From an uncultured Bacteroidia bacterium (GTDB lineage: Bacteria > Bacteroidota > Bacteroidia > Bacteroidales > CAJPTX01): DNA of 64,000 bases. The stretch spans positions 32,065 through 96,064 of the forward strand of contig CAUTNK010000007.1 in NCBI GenBank assembly GCA_963540065.1. Reading direction: 5' to 3'. A program made the position numbers and the translations under genes. This document shows, one piece after another, positions 19,079-28,478 of the stretch. The first letter of the stretch is position 1; every line of letters starts with the position of its first letter. Under the pieces are notes generated by a model. It saw only the letters and a list, made by a program, of their open reading frames with translations. It did not search any database and was not told the origin of the DNA.

Positions 19079-19100
19079 AATAGCGCTTACTCAGAAATAC

Positions 19101-19145
19101 TAGCGTAGCTTCCGTCTTAGGGCGTGGAAGTTGCGCTATTTTTTT
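19101..19145 (+). terminator. Rho-independent terminator after hup
   Basis: A 13-bp stem pairs tagcgtagcttcc (19101..19113) with ggaagttgcgcta (19126..19138), including two wobbles. A T7 run follows. Confidence 0.7.
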
Positions 19146-19151
19146 GTAAAA

Positions 19152-19195
19152 GAGCAGCGAGAACCTCTTAGTGAGGCTCCCGCTGCTCCTTTTTT
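19152..19195. terminator. Second hairpin between convergent genes, possibly a bidirectional terminator
   Basis: Perfect 8-bp stem GAGCAGCG (19152..19159) / CGCTGCTC (19181..19188). It is flanked by an A-run upstream and cTTTTTT downstream, between hup (+) and the ADH gene (-). Confidence 0.55.
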
Positions 19196-19248
19196 GTTTG
19201 GAGGGGAGATGCGATGTGCCCAATAGTCTACTATGATATACCGTCTTG

Positions 19249-20412
19249 CTACAATGCTGCGGTTAAAATTCGTTCTACAGCGGCGGCATCTACAGAGCGT
19301 CGTTCTCCGAGCTTCCACCTACGGGTTGCAAAACGTTGCCAAATTTCTGCCACCTGTTCGCGCGTGATATTATAATCGGAAAGACGAAGTTTGCCGTCGT
19401 ACATCTTCAAAAGGAATTGCTCGATAGCGTCTATGGTATGCAGTGCCTGTGTTTTTGGGTCACTTTCATGAATATTAAAGACACGCTCGCCGCACTGTAT
19501 GAGCTTTTCCTGTTTGTAGCTAAGTTGATCGCGAAGTAAGTGCGGCAATACAATGGCAAGTGTCAGCCCGTGATCCAAACCAAAGAGAGCAGTAAGTTCG
19601 TGACCTATGAGGTGCGTTGCCCAATCTTCGGGTACACCGACCCTTATCCAACCATTGAGTGCGAGCATGGCACACATCGACAAGTTCGAACGTAGACCTA
19701 AGTCCTTTGGGTTCTCTAATACGGTAGAGCCTATTTCTATAAGAGTCTGCAACAATCCTTCAGCAAAACGATCTTGTACGCGAGCATCTACAGGGTAGGT
19801 TAGGTACTGTTCTACAACATGTACAAAGGCATCTACTACGCCATTGGCAACCTGACGCAGGGGAAGCGAGAGCGTATAGGTTGGGTCTACAATCGAGAAT
19901 TTTGGGAAACTTTTTGGCGTGCTAAAGCCGTATTTTTCGTGGGTGGAAGCACGAGTGATTACGGCGCCTTTGTTCATCTCCGAGCCCGTTGCTGCAAGCG
20001 TGAGCACTGTCCCGAATGGTAGGACGTCGAGATTAGCGACGAGCGACGGATCTTTTAATAGTTGCCAAGGATCGCCCTTCTTGTAGGCAGCCGCTGCGGC
20101 AATAAACTTGGTTCCGTCGATTACGGATCCGCCACCAACTGCTAAAATATAGGTGATGTTTTCTTGTGCAATGATGGGGAGTGCCTTTATAAGCGTCTCG
20201 TAATGTGGGTTGGGTTCTATCCCTGCGAAATCTACCACATAGCGATCGAACAGTGCCTTGCGAACTGCGTCGTAAACGCCGGTTTTGTGAATGCTACCCC
20301 CACCATAAGTAAGCAACACACGAGCGTCGTGGGGTATCTGTTCGTCGATATGAACTACCTGACCCTCGCCAAAAAAGACGCGCACCGGATTGTAAAGCTC
20401 AAAAGCTTCCAT
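19249..20412 (-). CDS. yqhD: Iron-containing (group III) NADPH-dependent alcohol/aldehyde reductase, YqhD-like
   Basis: 387 aa. Long collinear similarity to E. coli YqhD as I recall it: ..EQIPHDARVLL.YGGGS..KTGV.., GIEPNP.YETL, LAVGGGSV.DGTKFIAAAA, RQVANGVVDAFVH.VEQY.T.PVDA..QDRFAEG, VP.DWATH..GHELTA..GLDH..TLAIVLP. Confidence 0.9.
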   Translation of the reverse strand: MEAFELYNPVRVFFGEGQVVHIDEQIPHDARVLLTYGGGSIHKTGVYDAVRKALFDRYVVDFAGIEPNPHYETLIKALPIIAQENITYILAVGGGSVIDGTKFIAAAAAYKKGDPWQLLKDPSLVANLDVLPFGTVLTLAATGSEMNKGAVITRASTHEKYGFSTPKSFPKFSIVDPTYTLSLPLRQVANGVVDAFVHVVEQYLTYPVDARVQDRFAEGLLQTLIEIGSTVLENPKDLGLRSNLSMCAMLALNGWIRVGVPEDWATHLIGHELTALFGLDHGLTLAIVLPHLLRDQLSYKQEKLIQCGERVFNIHESDPKTQALHTIDAIEQFLLKMYDGKLRLSDYNITREQVAEIWQRFATRRWKLGERRSVDAAAVERILTAAL

Positions 20413-20463
20413 AATATCTAACCTCCTAAATACAAAAGTTGGATAAAAACAGCTAAGAATGTG

Positions 20464-21111
20464 CTACAGGAACGGATTGTGTCGCCGTTCAGCGCCGATA
20501 GTTGTAAACTCGCCATGTCCGGGGAGTACGTGTACCGTATCGGGTAATACCATCAGGTGATTGCGAATGCTGCGGATAAGCTGTCCGTAGTCGCCTCCTT
20601 GCAAATCGGTACGACCTATAGAATTCTGGAAAAGCGTGTCGCCCGAGAAGAGGATCTCCTCTTCGTGGAGGTAGAAACAGACGCCTCCTTGCGAATGTCC
20701 GGGCGTGTGGATTACTTCTATGCGGTGATTGCTAAGTTCGAGTACATCGCCATGCTTAAGAAAGTTTTCTGGCGCTTGCACTGCCGACATTTCCATCCCC
20801 CACGTAGCAGCTTGTAAGGGTGCAGTTTCCAAAAGCGGTAGATCTGCTTCGTGTAGCATGAAGGGTATATGCCACAGGGAGCGGGCTCGAGGTACGCCGA
20901 AAAGATGGTCGAGATGGGCATGTGTATTGAGTAAGCACTTAACTCGGCATCCTACCGAACTTACAAACTTCTCGAAAGTCTGCCACTCGGCATCGGAGTA
21001 ACAACCCAAATCTATTACGATTCCATCGCCACCCTGAGTGTATAGGAGATAGGTATTCTCGCTAAATTCGTTGAATACAAAACGTTCTATTTGCAATCCG
21101 TCACCAACCAT
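20464..21111 (-). CDS. MBL-fold metallo-hydrolase (glyoxalase II-like)
   Basis: Motifs THAHLDH (HxHxDH), HTPGHS and GDTLF. The ORF-track start at 21213 adds 34 non-conserved residues and overlaps the upstream gene. ATG 21111 (MVGDGLQIERF...) has a TAtaTTTG box 24 nt upstream. Confidence 0.85.
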   Translation of the reverse strand: MVGDGLQIERFVFNEFSENTYLLYTQGGDGIVIDLGCYSDAEWQTFEKFVSSVGCRVKCLLNTHAHLDHLFGVPRARSLWHIPFMLHEADLPLLETAPLQAATWGMEMSAVQAPENFLKHGDVLELSNHRIEVIHTPGHSQGGVCFYLHEEEILFSGDTLFQNSIGRTDLQGGDYGQLIRSIRNHLMVLPDTVHVLPGHGEFTTIGAERRHNPFL

Positions 21112-21134
21112 CGTTTTCTGGGTTTTGCTATATA

Positions 21135-21142
21135 CAAATATA
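21135..21142 (-). promoter_or_regulatory. -7 promoter box (TAtaTTTG) for the MBL hydrolase gene
   Basis: Exact TAnnTTTG on the minus strand, 24 nt upstream of ATG 21111. Confidence 0.45.
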
Positions 21143-21187
21143 CGTTTATTGCATAATTCTAGCCGGCGAGTGCATCGATATACAATG

Positions 21188-21808
21188 CTAGAGTTGCCCG
21201 TGCTCGTAGGCAATGATTAGTTCGTTGATGATTTTGTTCTCTTCGTCCTCGTTGTCGAAAGTGCTTTTAAGGTCGGAACTAAATAGTTTGGCGATTCCCT
21301 GCCAGAACATAGCTGTAAATGTTCCGCGGAATTGTCGGATGATGTCGTAGGTCGTGCGCCCGGTCTCGCGGTCAATAAGTTTGAAGAGGAGTCTCCCCTG
21401 CGAAAAGGTTAACTCGCGGAGTTGCGATTCGAATTCTTGGCTTAGTTCTTTTTGTTTTTTAGCTATGTAACGACTGCGAGCAAAAGAGGAGGGGAGGGTA
21501 GCACAGACCGAATCGATTTCACGGAATTTATCTCGAGCCAGTAAAGCGTAGGGGTAGACTTTTTTGAAGTTACGTACCAGCTTCCAATATCTGTCGTAAT
21601 CGCGTTTGTCTTTGAAGACACGTTTCCGGAAGATTACGACTCCACGAATGGGGATATAGGCTAGCGAATCGCCATCCAAAGCATAGCCTTTTACGAGGTA
21701 TCCCTCGCCTTCGCCCAACGAATAGACCTGTGCGCGAGCCTCGGAAGGTCGTAAGAATAAGCACCACAGGCAAAAAAATAGTGAGACTATTCCAATCACA
21801 CTCCGCAT
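21188..21808 (-). CDS. Secreted DUF4294-like protein (Bacteroidota-specific hypothetical)
   Basis: 206 aa with signal peptide MRSVIGIVSLFFCLWCLFLRPSEARAQ. Basic helical body: ..YDRYWKLVRNFKKVYPYA..LTFSQGRLLFKLIDRETGRTTYDIIRQFRG.. The family assignment is from memory. Confidence 0.7.
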   Translation of the reverse strand: MRSVIGIVSLFFCLWCLFLRPSEARAQVYSLGEGEGYLVKGYALDGDSLAYIPIRGVVIFRKRVFKDKRDYDRYWKLVRNFKKVYPYALLARDKFREIDSVCATLPSSFARSRYIAKKQKELSQEFESQLRELTFSQGRLLFKLIDRETGRTTYDIIRQFRGTFTAMFWQGIAKLFSSDLKSTFDNEDEENKIINELIIAYEHGQL

Positions 21809-21872
21809 AGCCTCACCTAATATATCCTCTCCATACTACTTCTGTCGCTTCGAAACTAACAGAAGCTTTTTG

Positions 21873-21946
21873 TGATCCAGGCGGGAGTCGAACCCACGAC
21901 CCACAGCTTAGAAGGCTGTTGCTCTATCCAACTGAGCTACTGGACC
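21873..21946 (-). tRNA. tRNA-Arg (anticodon TCT)
   Basis: The minus strand reads GGTCCAGTAGCTCAGTTGGATAGAGCAACAGCCTTCTAAGCTGTGGGTCGTGGGTTCGACTCCCGCCTGGATCA. It folds as a 74-nt cloverleaf: 7-bp acceptor, GCTC/GAGC D stem, ACAGC/GCTGT anticodon stem with loop CTTCTAA, and GTGGG/CCCGC T stem with loop TTCGACT. No CCA is encoded. Confidence 0.9.
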
Positions 21947-22048
21947 GCCATGCATTTACAAAAACTTAAAGAACAGACTACAGAAATCTATTCTTCGCCC
22001 GCACAAAATTACTGATTTTATAAAAAAGCGTTTTTTCTTTCTATAGGG

Positions 22049-22435
22049 TTATTCCTTTTTGAGTAGATCCCGAATTTCTGTTAGAAGTATTTCTTCGGGG
22101 CTAGAAGTGGGTTCTGCTGTTGGGGGAACTGTCTCCTCTTTTTTACGGTTGAAACGATTGATAGCCTGAATCATCAGAAATATACAGAATGCGATGATTA
22201 TAAAATCGAAAATATGCTGAATAAGCTGACCGTAGCGGATTTCGGCATCGCCGATATGTGCACTCAAGCTGGTAAAATCTATCCCGACGGTAAATATGCC
22301 AATAAGGGGCATTAGGACGTCGCCGACCAACGAGGTTACGATCTTACCAAAAGCTGCTCCGATGATAACACCGAAAGCCATATCGATTACATTGCCACGA
22401 ACGGCAAATTCTTTGAATTCTTTCAAAAAACTCAT
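22049..22435 (-). CDS. mscL: Large-conductance mechanosensitive channel
   Basis: [33 protein letters not shown]...[11 protein letters not shown] closely parallels E. coli MscL. I prefer the start at ATG 22435 (MSFLKEF) over the ORF-track start at 22456. Confidence 0.95.
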   Translation of the reverse strand: MSFLKEFKEFAVRGNVIDMAFGVIIGAAFGKIVTSLVGDVLMPLIGIFTVGIDFTSLSAHIGDAEIRYGQLIQHIFDFIIIAFCIFLMIQAINRFNRKKEETVPPTAEPTSSPEEILLTEIRDLLKKE

Positions 22436-22543
22436 TCTTTCCAATCTCCTAAACATTCGTTAAACCTATCTTTTGTACGTAGATTGCTAATGAATGTTTT
22501 AACCTATGCATCTCTATAAAATGCGTCGTTTAGCCAAAAAAGG

Positions 22544-22551
22544 TAACTTTG
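22544..22551 (+). promoter_or_regulatory. -7 promoter box (TAacTTTG) for guaB
   Basis: Exact TAnnTTTG, 23 nt upstream of ATG 22574. Confidence 0.45.
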
Positions 22552-22573
22552 TAAAACGAATTTGCGCTAAATT

Positions 22574-24052
22574 ATGTCCTTCCTAAACGATCGCGTTCTC
22601 TACGAAGGGATTACCTTCGACGACGTTCTCCTTGTACCTGGATACTCCGAAGTGCTACCCCGTGATGTAAATATCAGCACACGATTGGCACGAAATATCA
22701 CCCTTGCAGTTCCGATCCTATCAGCGGCGATGGACACTGTAACAGAGTCGAGGATGGCGATAGCTATTGCTCGTGAAGGTGGCTTAGGGGTCATTCATAA
22801 GAATATGTCTGTTGCCGAACAAGCAACACTTGTAAGAGAGGTGAAAAGGGCTGAAAATGGCATGATATACGACCCCGTAACCATACGTGGTGAACAATGC
22901 GTGGGAGATGCCCTAAAAATCATGCAGCAGTACCATATAGGCGGTATCCCCGTGGTAGACGAGCAGGGCTATTTGAAAGGTATTGTTACGAATCGCGATC
23001 TCCGGTTCCAAGAGGACTACTCTACGCCGGTTGAATATGTAATGACCCCGATGCCGCTGGTTACAACTACAGAGGCTACATCGTTGAGTACGGCAGCAGA
23101 GATCCTTAAAAACGAAAAAATAGAAAAACTACCCGTTGTCGACGAAAAAGGGAAACTCAAGGGGTTGATCACTTATAAGGATATTACGAAACTGAGTACT
23201 AATCCGTGGGCTAGTAAAGACGCGAAAGGTCGCCTCCTAGCAGCTGCGGGTGTCGGTGTGGCACATAATACTATGGAACGCGTGGAGGCGCTTGTGGCAG
23301 CCGAGGTCGATGCGATTGTTATCGATACTGCTCACGGGCACTCCAAGTACGTTATTGATATGCTGCGGCAAGTACGTGCGCAGTACCCCGAACTTGTATT
23401 GATTGTTGGGAATGTGGCAACGAGCGAGGCGGCTCTGGCATTAGCAAAGGCGGGAGCAGATGCTGTGAAGGTCGGCATAGGACCCGGTTCTATATGTACC
23501 ACACGTATTATTGCTGGTGTCGGCGTGCCTCAATTAGATGCTATTTATCATGTAGCGCAAGCCCTTAAAGGCACCAATGTGACCCTGATTGCGGACGGTG
23601 GAATCCGCTATTCTGGCGACATTGTAAAGGCGCTTGCAGCAGGTGCCGATAGTGTTATGATGGGCTCTATGTTTGCTGGTGTAGATGAGTCGCCGGGCGA
23701 TACGATTTTGTACAACGGGCGGCGTTTTAAGGCGTATCGTGGCATGGGGTCGTTGGAAGCTATGCAGATGGGTTCGAAGGATCGCTATTTCCAAGATCTC
23801 GAGGCAGATATCAAAAAGCTCGTACCAGAAGGTATCGCTGCACGTGTTCCCTACGTGGGTACGCTTAAAGAGGTTGTATACCAGCTTGTAGGCGGACTCC
23901 GAGCCGGGATGGGTTATTGTGGTGCGCAAAATCTGGAGGCGCTCAAAACGGCTAAATTTGTGCGGATTAGCAATGCCGGTATTCTCGAAAGTCATCCTCA
24001 CGACGTAACGATAACTAGCGAGGCTCCTAACTACTCGAGGCATTCCCTCTAA
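22574..24052 (+). CDS. guaB: IMP dehydrogenase
   Basis: 492 aa. Contains a tandem CBS insert, the catalytic loop [11 protein letters not shown], and [17 protein letters not shown]. Confidence 0.97.
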   Translation: MSFLNDRVLYEGITFDDVLLVPGYSEVLPRDVNISTRLARNITLAVPILSAAMDTVTESRMAIAIAREGGLGVIHKNMSVAEQATLVREVKRAENGMIYDPVTIRGEQCVGDALKIMQQYHIGGIPVVDEQGYLKGIVTNRDLRFQEDYSTPVEYVMTPMPLVTTTEATSLSTAAEILKNEKIEKLPVVDEKGKLKGLITYKDITKLSTNPWASKDAKGRLLAAAGVGVAHNTMERVEALVAAEVDAIVIDTAHGHSKYVIDMLRQVRAQYPELVLIVGNVATSEAALALAKAGADAVKVGIGPGSICTTRIIAGVGVPQLDAIYHVAQALKGTNVTLIADGGIRYSGDIVKALAAGADSVMMGSMFAGVDESPGDTILYNGRRFKAYRGMGSLEAMQMGSKDRYFQDLEADIKKLVPEGIAARVPYVGTLKEVVYQLVGGLRAGMGYCGAQNLEALKTAKFVRISNAGILESHPHDVTITSEAPNYSRHSL

Positions 24053-24204
24053 TTTTCTTACGCCTTTGTTGGGTTTCGTTACTTCTCTTCTGTAGGTACG
24101 TAGCCTGCTGCGTTCTGATATGTTCCCCCGCTTTCGCTCCCTCCCCGCTACTTATTTTGCGAGTGCGTCTAATTTTTTTATGTTAAAACCGTTTCTTTTG
24201 GGGT

Positions 24205-26124
24205 ATGCGAAAAGTTTTTTTCTTGCTTGTAGTTTGTTGTGCTGTAGCAACGGCTTTTGCCACAAAGCCGCCACTCCTTATAGTTGGTACCGATTCGGTA
24301 TCACAGGACGAATTCCGTTACCTCTGGAAAAAGCATAACTCCTATCGAATAGAAGGGCGGAAAGATAACATCCAAGAGTTTCTCGACTCCTACATCAACT
24401 ACCGCCTTAAAGTCTTGGACGCGAAAGAGAAAGGGCGCGATAAGCGTTCGGAATTCTTAAACGAGTATGCGCAATATGCCGATGCGCAGCTGACTCCCTA
24501 CGTGATTGATAGCCTCGAGCGCGATTCGGTCTATCATGCAGCTTACGAGCGGATGAAATACGAAATCAACGCCTCGCACATACTCTTTAAGGTGGCTAAC
24601 CCCGCGGAGGAGTCCGTAGTCTATAAAAAAGCCTTGGAAGTGCGCGAACAGATTCGCAAAGGTGAGCCTTTTGATAGCGTAGCCCGTCGGGCGAGCGAAG
24701 ATCCTTCGGCACAGTACAACGGAGGTAATTTGGGTTGGTTTGGCGCATTCACGATGGTATATCCGTTTGAAGTGGCTGCTTTTAATACCCCAATAGATTC
24801 TATTTCGATGCCCGTGCGCTCCTCTTTCGGCTACCATCTGATTCAGGTGCATGCTAAACGTCCGACACAGGGCAAAATGCAGGTCTCGCACATTCTTAGG
24901 AAAGCGCCGCAACCTCCCTCTAGCGAAAGGGAACGAGAAATTCAGGATACCCTCCTTATGCTTCGCAACAGAGCGCTTGCAGGGGAGAGTTTTTCCGAAC
25001 TGGCGAAAACCTTTTCCAAAGATTCCATTTCGGCGCTTTTAGGGGGTTACTTCCCAATCGTATCTGTAGGAACTGCCTCGCCGCAACTTATTAATGCCCT
25101 GTTTGCGCTTGAGAAAGACGGCGATATATCGATGCCGATCCGTTTGCGCGACGGTTGGCATATCTTTCAACGCGACACCCTTATGCTCTTAGGCTCCTAC
25201 GAAAATACTCTCGACGGTATCAAGAGCTCGCTACAACGTGCGGGTATCGAATACGAAGGACACGACGCGCTTGTCGCAAAAATGTTAACCTATTTACGAG
25301 CTAATAAAGACGATAACGTTGTGCTCACGCTAAGACCTGACGATTCGATACAATTGCGAACTCCAAGGAGAGTCTTTGCAACAGTCGGCGAACGGAAACT
25401 AACGCTAGCCGATCTAAAAAACTATATGATCGATAATAAAGTGTCATTCACCACAGAAAATGCATACCATGCCGCACGAAGACTCTATGAGGCGGAAGCC
25501 TATGCACAATGTGAAGCCGAAATAAGACGTAAAAACCCCACTGTCGGGTTCCTGCTGAACGAATTTTACAACGGATTACTTCTCTTTGATATTAGTGAAC
25601 AGAGGTTGTGGCGCTTGGATCCTACACAGGAAAAAGCATTTAAAAAATTGTATAAGAAGCACAAAAAGGAATTCCGATTTACCGAGTGTCTGACAACGGA
25701 AGAGTATTCTACTTCGCTAAAAAGAATAGAGAACCTCGAAGCGCTACATAGCAAGCTTTGTGCTTCACCCAAAGAAAAAGTAAAGAAGCGCTTTCTGAAA
25801 AGGGAAAAGATATCGCGACATATCGCAAATTTCGAGGCTAATACTGCCTATTTTGCTAACTACGGAAAGGATGCTACCACGGTTACGAATGGCGGATTAG
25901 TATGGTCGGGAAACTGTAGCAATATCTCCAAGCAAGGGAAGCGTGCTTTCTTTTTCCGTGTCAAGAGCGCTAAGAAGGATGTGCAGAAAACTTTTGAAGA
26001 GTCTAAAGGCGATCTGCAGCGTATCTTCCAAACGGAGGAAGAGGCACGATGGTTAGAAGAGTTACACAATCGCTACAAGGTTACGATCGATTCCGCACAG
26101 CTCCAACAAGTAGAAAAAGAGTAA
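24205..26124 (+). CDS. Periplasmic peptidyl-prolyl isomerase, parvulin (PpiC) type, long form
   Basis: Signal peptide MRKVFFLLVVCCAVATAFA. One parvulin domain: ASHILFKV...GGNLGWFGAFTMVYPFEVAAF...SSFGYHLIQV. A second, degenerate parvulin-like domain: VSHILRK...DGWHIFQ. Confidence 0.85.
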   Translation: MRKVFFLLVVCCAVATAFATKPPLLIVGTDSVSQDEFRYLWKKHNSYRIEGRKDNIQEFLDSYINYRLKVLDAKEKGRDKRSEFLNEYAQYADAQLTPYVIDSLERDSVYHAAYERMKYEINASHILFKVANPAEESVVYKKALEVREQIRKGEPFDSVARRASEDPSAQYNGGNLGWFGAFTMVYPFEVAAFNTPIDSISMPVRSSFGYHLIQVHAKRPTQGKMQVSHILRKAPQPPSSEREREIQDTLLMLRNRALAGESFSELAKTFSKDSISALLGGYFPIVSVGTASPQLINALFALEKDGDISMPIRLRDGWHIFQRDTLMLLGSYENTLDGIKSSLQRAGIEYEGHDALVAKMLTYLRANKDDNVVLTLRPDDSIQLRTPRRVFATVGERKLTLADLKNYMIDNKVSFTTENAYHAARRLYEAEAYAQCEAEIRRKNPTVGFLLNEFYNGLLLFDISEQRLWRLDPTQEKAFKKLYKKHKKEFRFTECLTTEEYSTSLKRIENLEALHSKLCASPKEKVKKRFLKREKISRHIANFEANTAYFANYGKDATTVTNGGLVWSGNCSNISKQGKRAFFFRVKSAKKDVQKTFEESKGDLQRIFQTEEEARWLEELHNRYKVTIDSAQLQQVEKE

Positions 26125-26129
26125 AAGCT

Positions 26130-26999
26130 ATGCTGCGAACGGAAGTACTGCATACTACGTGGGTTATTTTCGGTGCTGTAGCGCTGTTGTTGGCGAGTGC
26201 GTGTGGTAGAGAACAGACACTGAAGTCCGGTACCTTAGCTAGGGTCGGTGACGAAATCCTGACCGCTGCCAATATTCCCCACGAGATTTATGCAGGTAAG
26301 ACGCTGGAGGATAGCGCTAAGGATGTGAAAATCTATGTAGAAAGTTGGCTCCGCAATGCGATTCTCTATCGGTATGCCGAGCTACAAATCGGGAAGAATA
26401 ACCCGCAGATTGAACGACAAGTGGCAGATTACCGCCGATCGATGTATACGCATGCCTTCGAATCGGAATACATACAACGAAAGTTGGATACTGCCGTAAA
26501 AAACGAAGAGTTACAGGACTTTTATCAACAAAATCAGAACCTGTTCACACTTAAAAACACCATCGTACGGGTGCTATTGCTTTCAATTCCGGAAAATAGC
26601 CCACACCTCGACGAGGTAAAGCAACTCTATACGTTACCCAATGGCGATGCCTCGCTACAAAAACTCTCCTCGCTATCGTTAAAGGCTGGGGCGCAGTTTC
26701 TCATTATGCCCGATGTGTGGATCCCGATTACGGCACTTGCCAATTTCTTGCCTGCAGATATCAATATATCGTTTGCGAATAGAAGGGCTAAGAATGCCCA
26801 ATTCCTAGATAATACTACTCTTTATTTGCTTGCTTTTCAGGAATGGAAAGGCGTGGGCGATTTAGCGCCGTTCGCTTACGTACAAAAGGAGGTGCGGAGT
26901 ATCATTCTCAACCGTCGCGAAACCAATCTTTTGCGCGAGCTCGAAGATCGCATCATTAACGAAGGGAAAAGCGATAAGGATGTTGAGATTTATCATTAA
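26130..26999 (+). CDS. Lipoprotein with a SurA-N/PpiD-like chaperone region (hypothetical)
   Basis: I prefer ATG 26130 (MLRTEVLHTTWVIFGAVALLLASAC, which carries a lipobox) over the ORF-track start at 26049, which overlaps the upstream gene. No parvulin motif is visible. Confidence 0.6.
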   Translation: MLRTEVLHTTWVIFGAVALLLASACGREQTLKSGTLARVGDEILTAANIPHEIYAGKTLEDSAKDVKIYVESWLRNAILYRYAELQIGKNNPQIERQVADYRRSMYTHAFESEYIQRKLDTAVKNEELQDFYQQNQNLFTLKNTIVRVLLLSIPENSPHLDEVKQLYTLPNGDASLQKLSSLSLKAGAQFLIMPDVWIPITALANFLPADINISFANRRAKNAQFLDNTTLYLLAFQEWKGVGDLAPFAYVQKEVRSIILNRRETNLLRELEDRIINEGKSDKDVEIYH

Positions 27000-27012
27000 G
27001 TTGTTATAAAGA

Positions 27013-28410
27013 ATGTCTACCAGAATATTGAAATTTACGGCACTCGTCGTTCTATTGCTAAGCCTATCTACTCAGTTTGCACTGGCACAGTTGCTCGACG
27101 GTACTATAGCGAACGTGGGCACGCGGCAGCTACTCTATTCCGACGTAGAAATGGAAATGCTCCGCGCAGGGATGATGAGCAACAAGGTGCAGAAGAATAC
27201 GGCTTGTGGTATTCTCGAAACTCTCCTCTTGCACTACATGTTACTAGATCAAGCCGACTTGGATAGTATCCCTCGACCGAATTTGGAGAACTCGCAAGAA
27301 ATTGAGCAGCGATTGGCGTTCTTTATTCAGCAAGCAGGTTCTGAAGCCGCACTAGAGAAACAGTACGGACGCTCGATAAAAGAAATCCGTGCCGAGATGG
27401 AGCAACTCCTCTCCGAGCAACGACGATCCGAACAAGTGCGTGCTAAAATCATCGACAAAGTTATGGTAACTCCCTCCGAAGTAAAGCGTTTCTATCAAGC
27501 ACTTCACAAGGATAGCTTGCGCGAGATTCCCGAACAATTTGTTTATCGGCAGCTTGTGCTAGCACCGATAGAAGCCACGGAAGCCGAATTTCAAGTAAAG
27601 GAAAAATTACTTGCTCTTAGAGAACGTATCCTAAAAGGCGAGCGCTTTTCTACACTTGCTGTAGCCTATTCCGAAGACAGGGGCTCTGCTATAAAAGGCG
27701 GCGAGATGGGACTGATGCCACGCGAGGGATTCGTAAAACCCTTTGCCGATGCAGCTTTTGCACTTAAGGAGGGGCAAGTAAGTCCGATTGTAAAAACAGA
27801 GTACGGCTACCACATCATACAGATGATCGGGAAAAAAGGGAAGTTGGCAAATGTGCGACATATCCTTCTGCGTCCTACCTATTCCACAACGGTATTGGCT
27901 AAAACGGTAGAAAAACTGGATAGCATTAAGACATTAATTCTGAAAGATTCGATCTCTTTCGAAAAAGCGTGTACCAAGTTCTCGGACGATAAGGACACTA
28001 AACTAAACGGCGGACTTGCCTTAAACCCTCAAAATGGCAGTAATCAGCTCGACAAGGAAGCAATTCTACCCGTAGATTACTATGCGATAAAGGAGCTAAA
28101 GGAGGAGGGGCAAATCAGTGCTCCATTCGAAAGTAGAGATAAGGCGGGGAATGTAGTTCTGAAAGTTATCCGACTAGAACGAGTTATCCCTCCGCACAAA
28201 ATGAATCTCGAAGAAGACTATCCGCTAGTGCAAAGCCTTGCCAAAACCCAAAAGGAGCAGCAGAAGTTTGATAAGTGGGTCGAAGATAAGCAGAAGAATA
28301 TCTATATATCGCTTGATAACCGGTACGCCGACTGCCCATTCAAATACTCCTTCTGGAAAAATAAGATGAAGGGAAATTCCCAAACGCAGCAAGGGGGCAC
28401 TACTAAATAA
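27013..28410 (+). CDS. surA: SurA-like periplasmic chaperone / peptidyl-prolyl isomerase
   Basis: Signal peptide, then a SurA N-domain-like region. Parvulin domain: FSTLAVAYSEDRGSAIKGGEMGLMPREGFVKPFADAAF...TEYGYHIIQM. A second parvulin-like segment begins at VRHILLRP. Confidence 0.85.
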   Translation: MSTRILKFTALVVLLLSLSTQFALAQLLDGTIANVGTRQLLYSDVEMEMLRAGMMSNKVQKNTACGILETLLLHYMLLDQADLDSIPRPNLENSQEIEQRLAFFIQQAGSEAALEKQYGRSIKEIRAEMEQLLSEQRRSEQVRAKIIDKVMVTPSEVKRFYQALHKDSLREIPEQFVYRQLVLAPIEATEAEFQVKEKLLALRERILKGERFSTLAVAYSEDRGSAIKGGEMGLMPREGFVKPFADAAFALKEGQVSPIVKTEYGYHIIQMIGKKGKLANVRHILLRPTYSTTVLAKTVEKLDSIKTLILKDSISFEKACTKFSDDKDTKLNGGLALNPQNGSNQLDKEAILPVDYYAIKELKEEGQISAPFESRDKAGNVVLKVIRLERVIPPHKMNLEEDYPLVQSLAKTQKEQQKFDKWVEDKQKNIYISLDNRYADCPFKYSFWKNKMKGNSQTQQGGTTK

Positions 28411-28478
28411 ATATCTTTTTGTACGGACATAACGTGATTCTTTTAGCCCAGAATACTGCTATATTTTCCTCGCATCGG

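Noticed and set aside
20464-21213. N-terminally extended ORF-track starts: MBL hydrolase at 21213, folC at 53302, lipoprotein at 26049, OstA-like at 28419, AAA+ at 14902, mscL at 22456, kinase at 63307, R-M at 44763.
   Set aside because: The extensions overlap upstream genes or add non-conserved, non-signal-like residues. Downstream ATGs give canonical N-termini or signal peptides, and several of them have a TAnnTTTG box at the expected distance.
14968-22572. Shared short strings TTGCGCTATTTT (about 14969 and 19131) and AATTTGCGCTAAA (15012 and 22560) as a dispersed regulatory motif.
   Set aside because: There are only two occurrences each, in different contexts (repeat array, terminator stem, guaB leader). 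This is compatible with chance plus the TTTG-rich promoter dialect, and I cannot assess significance without a genome-wide count.
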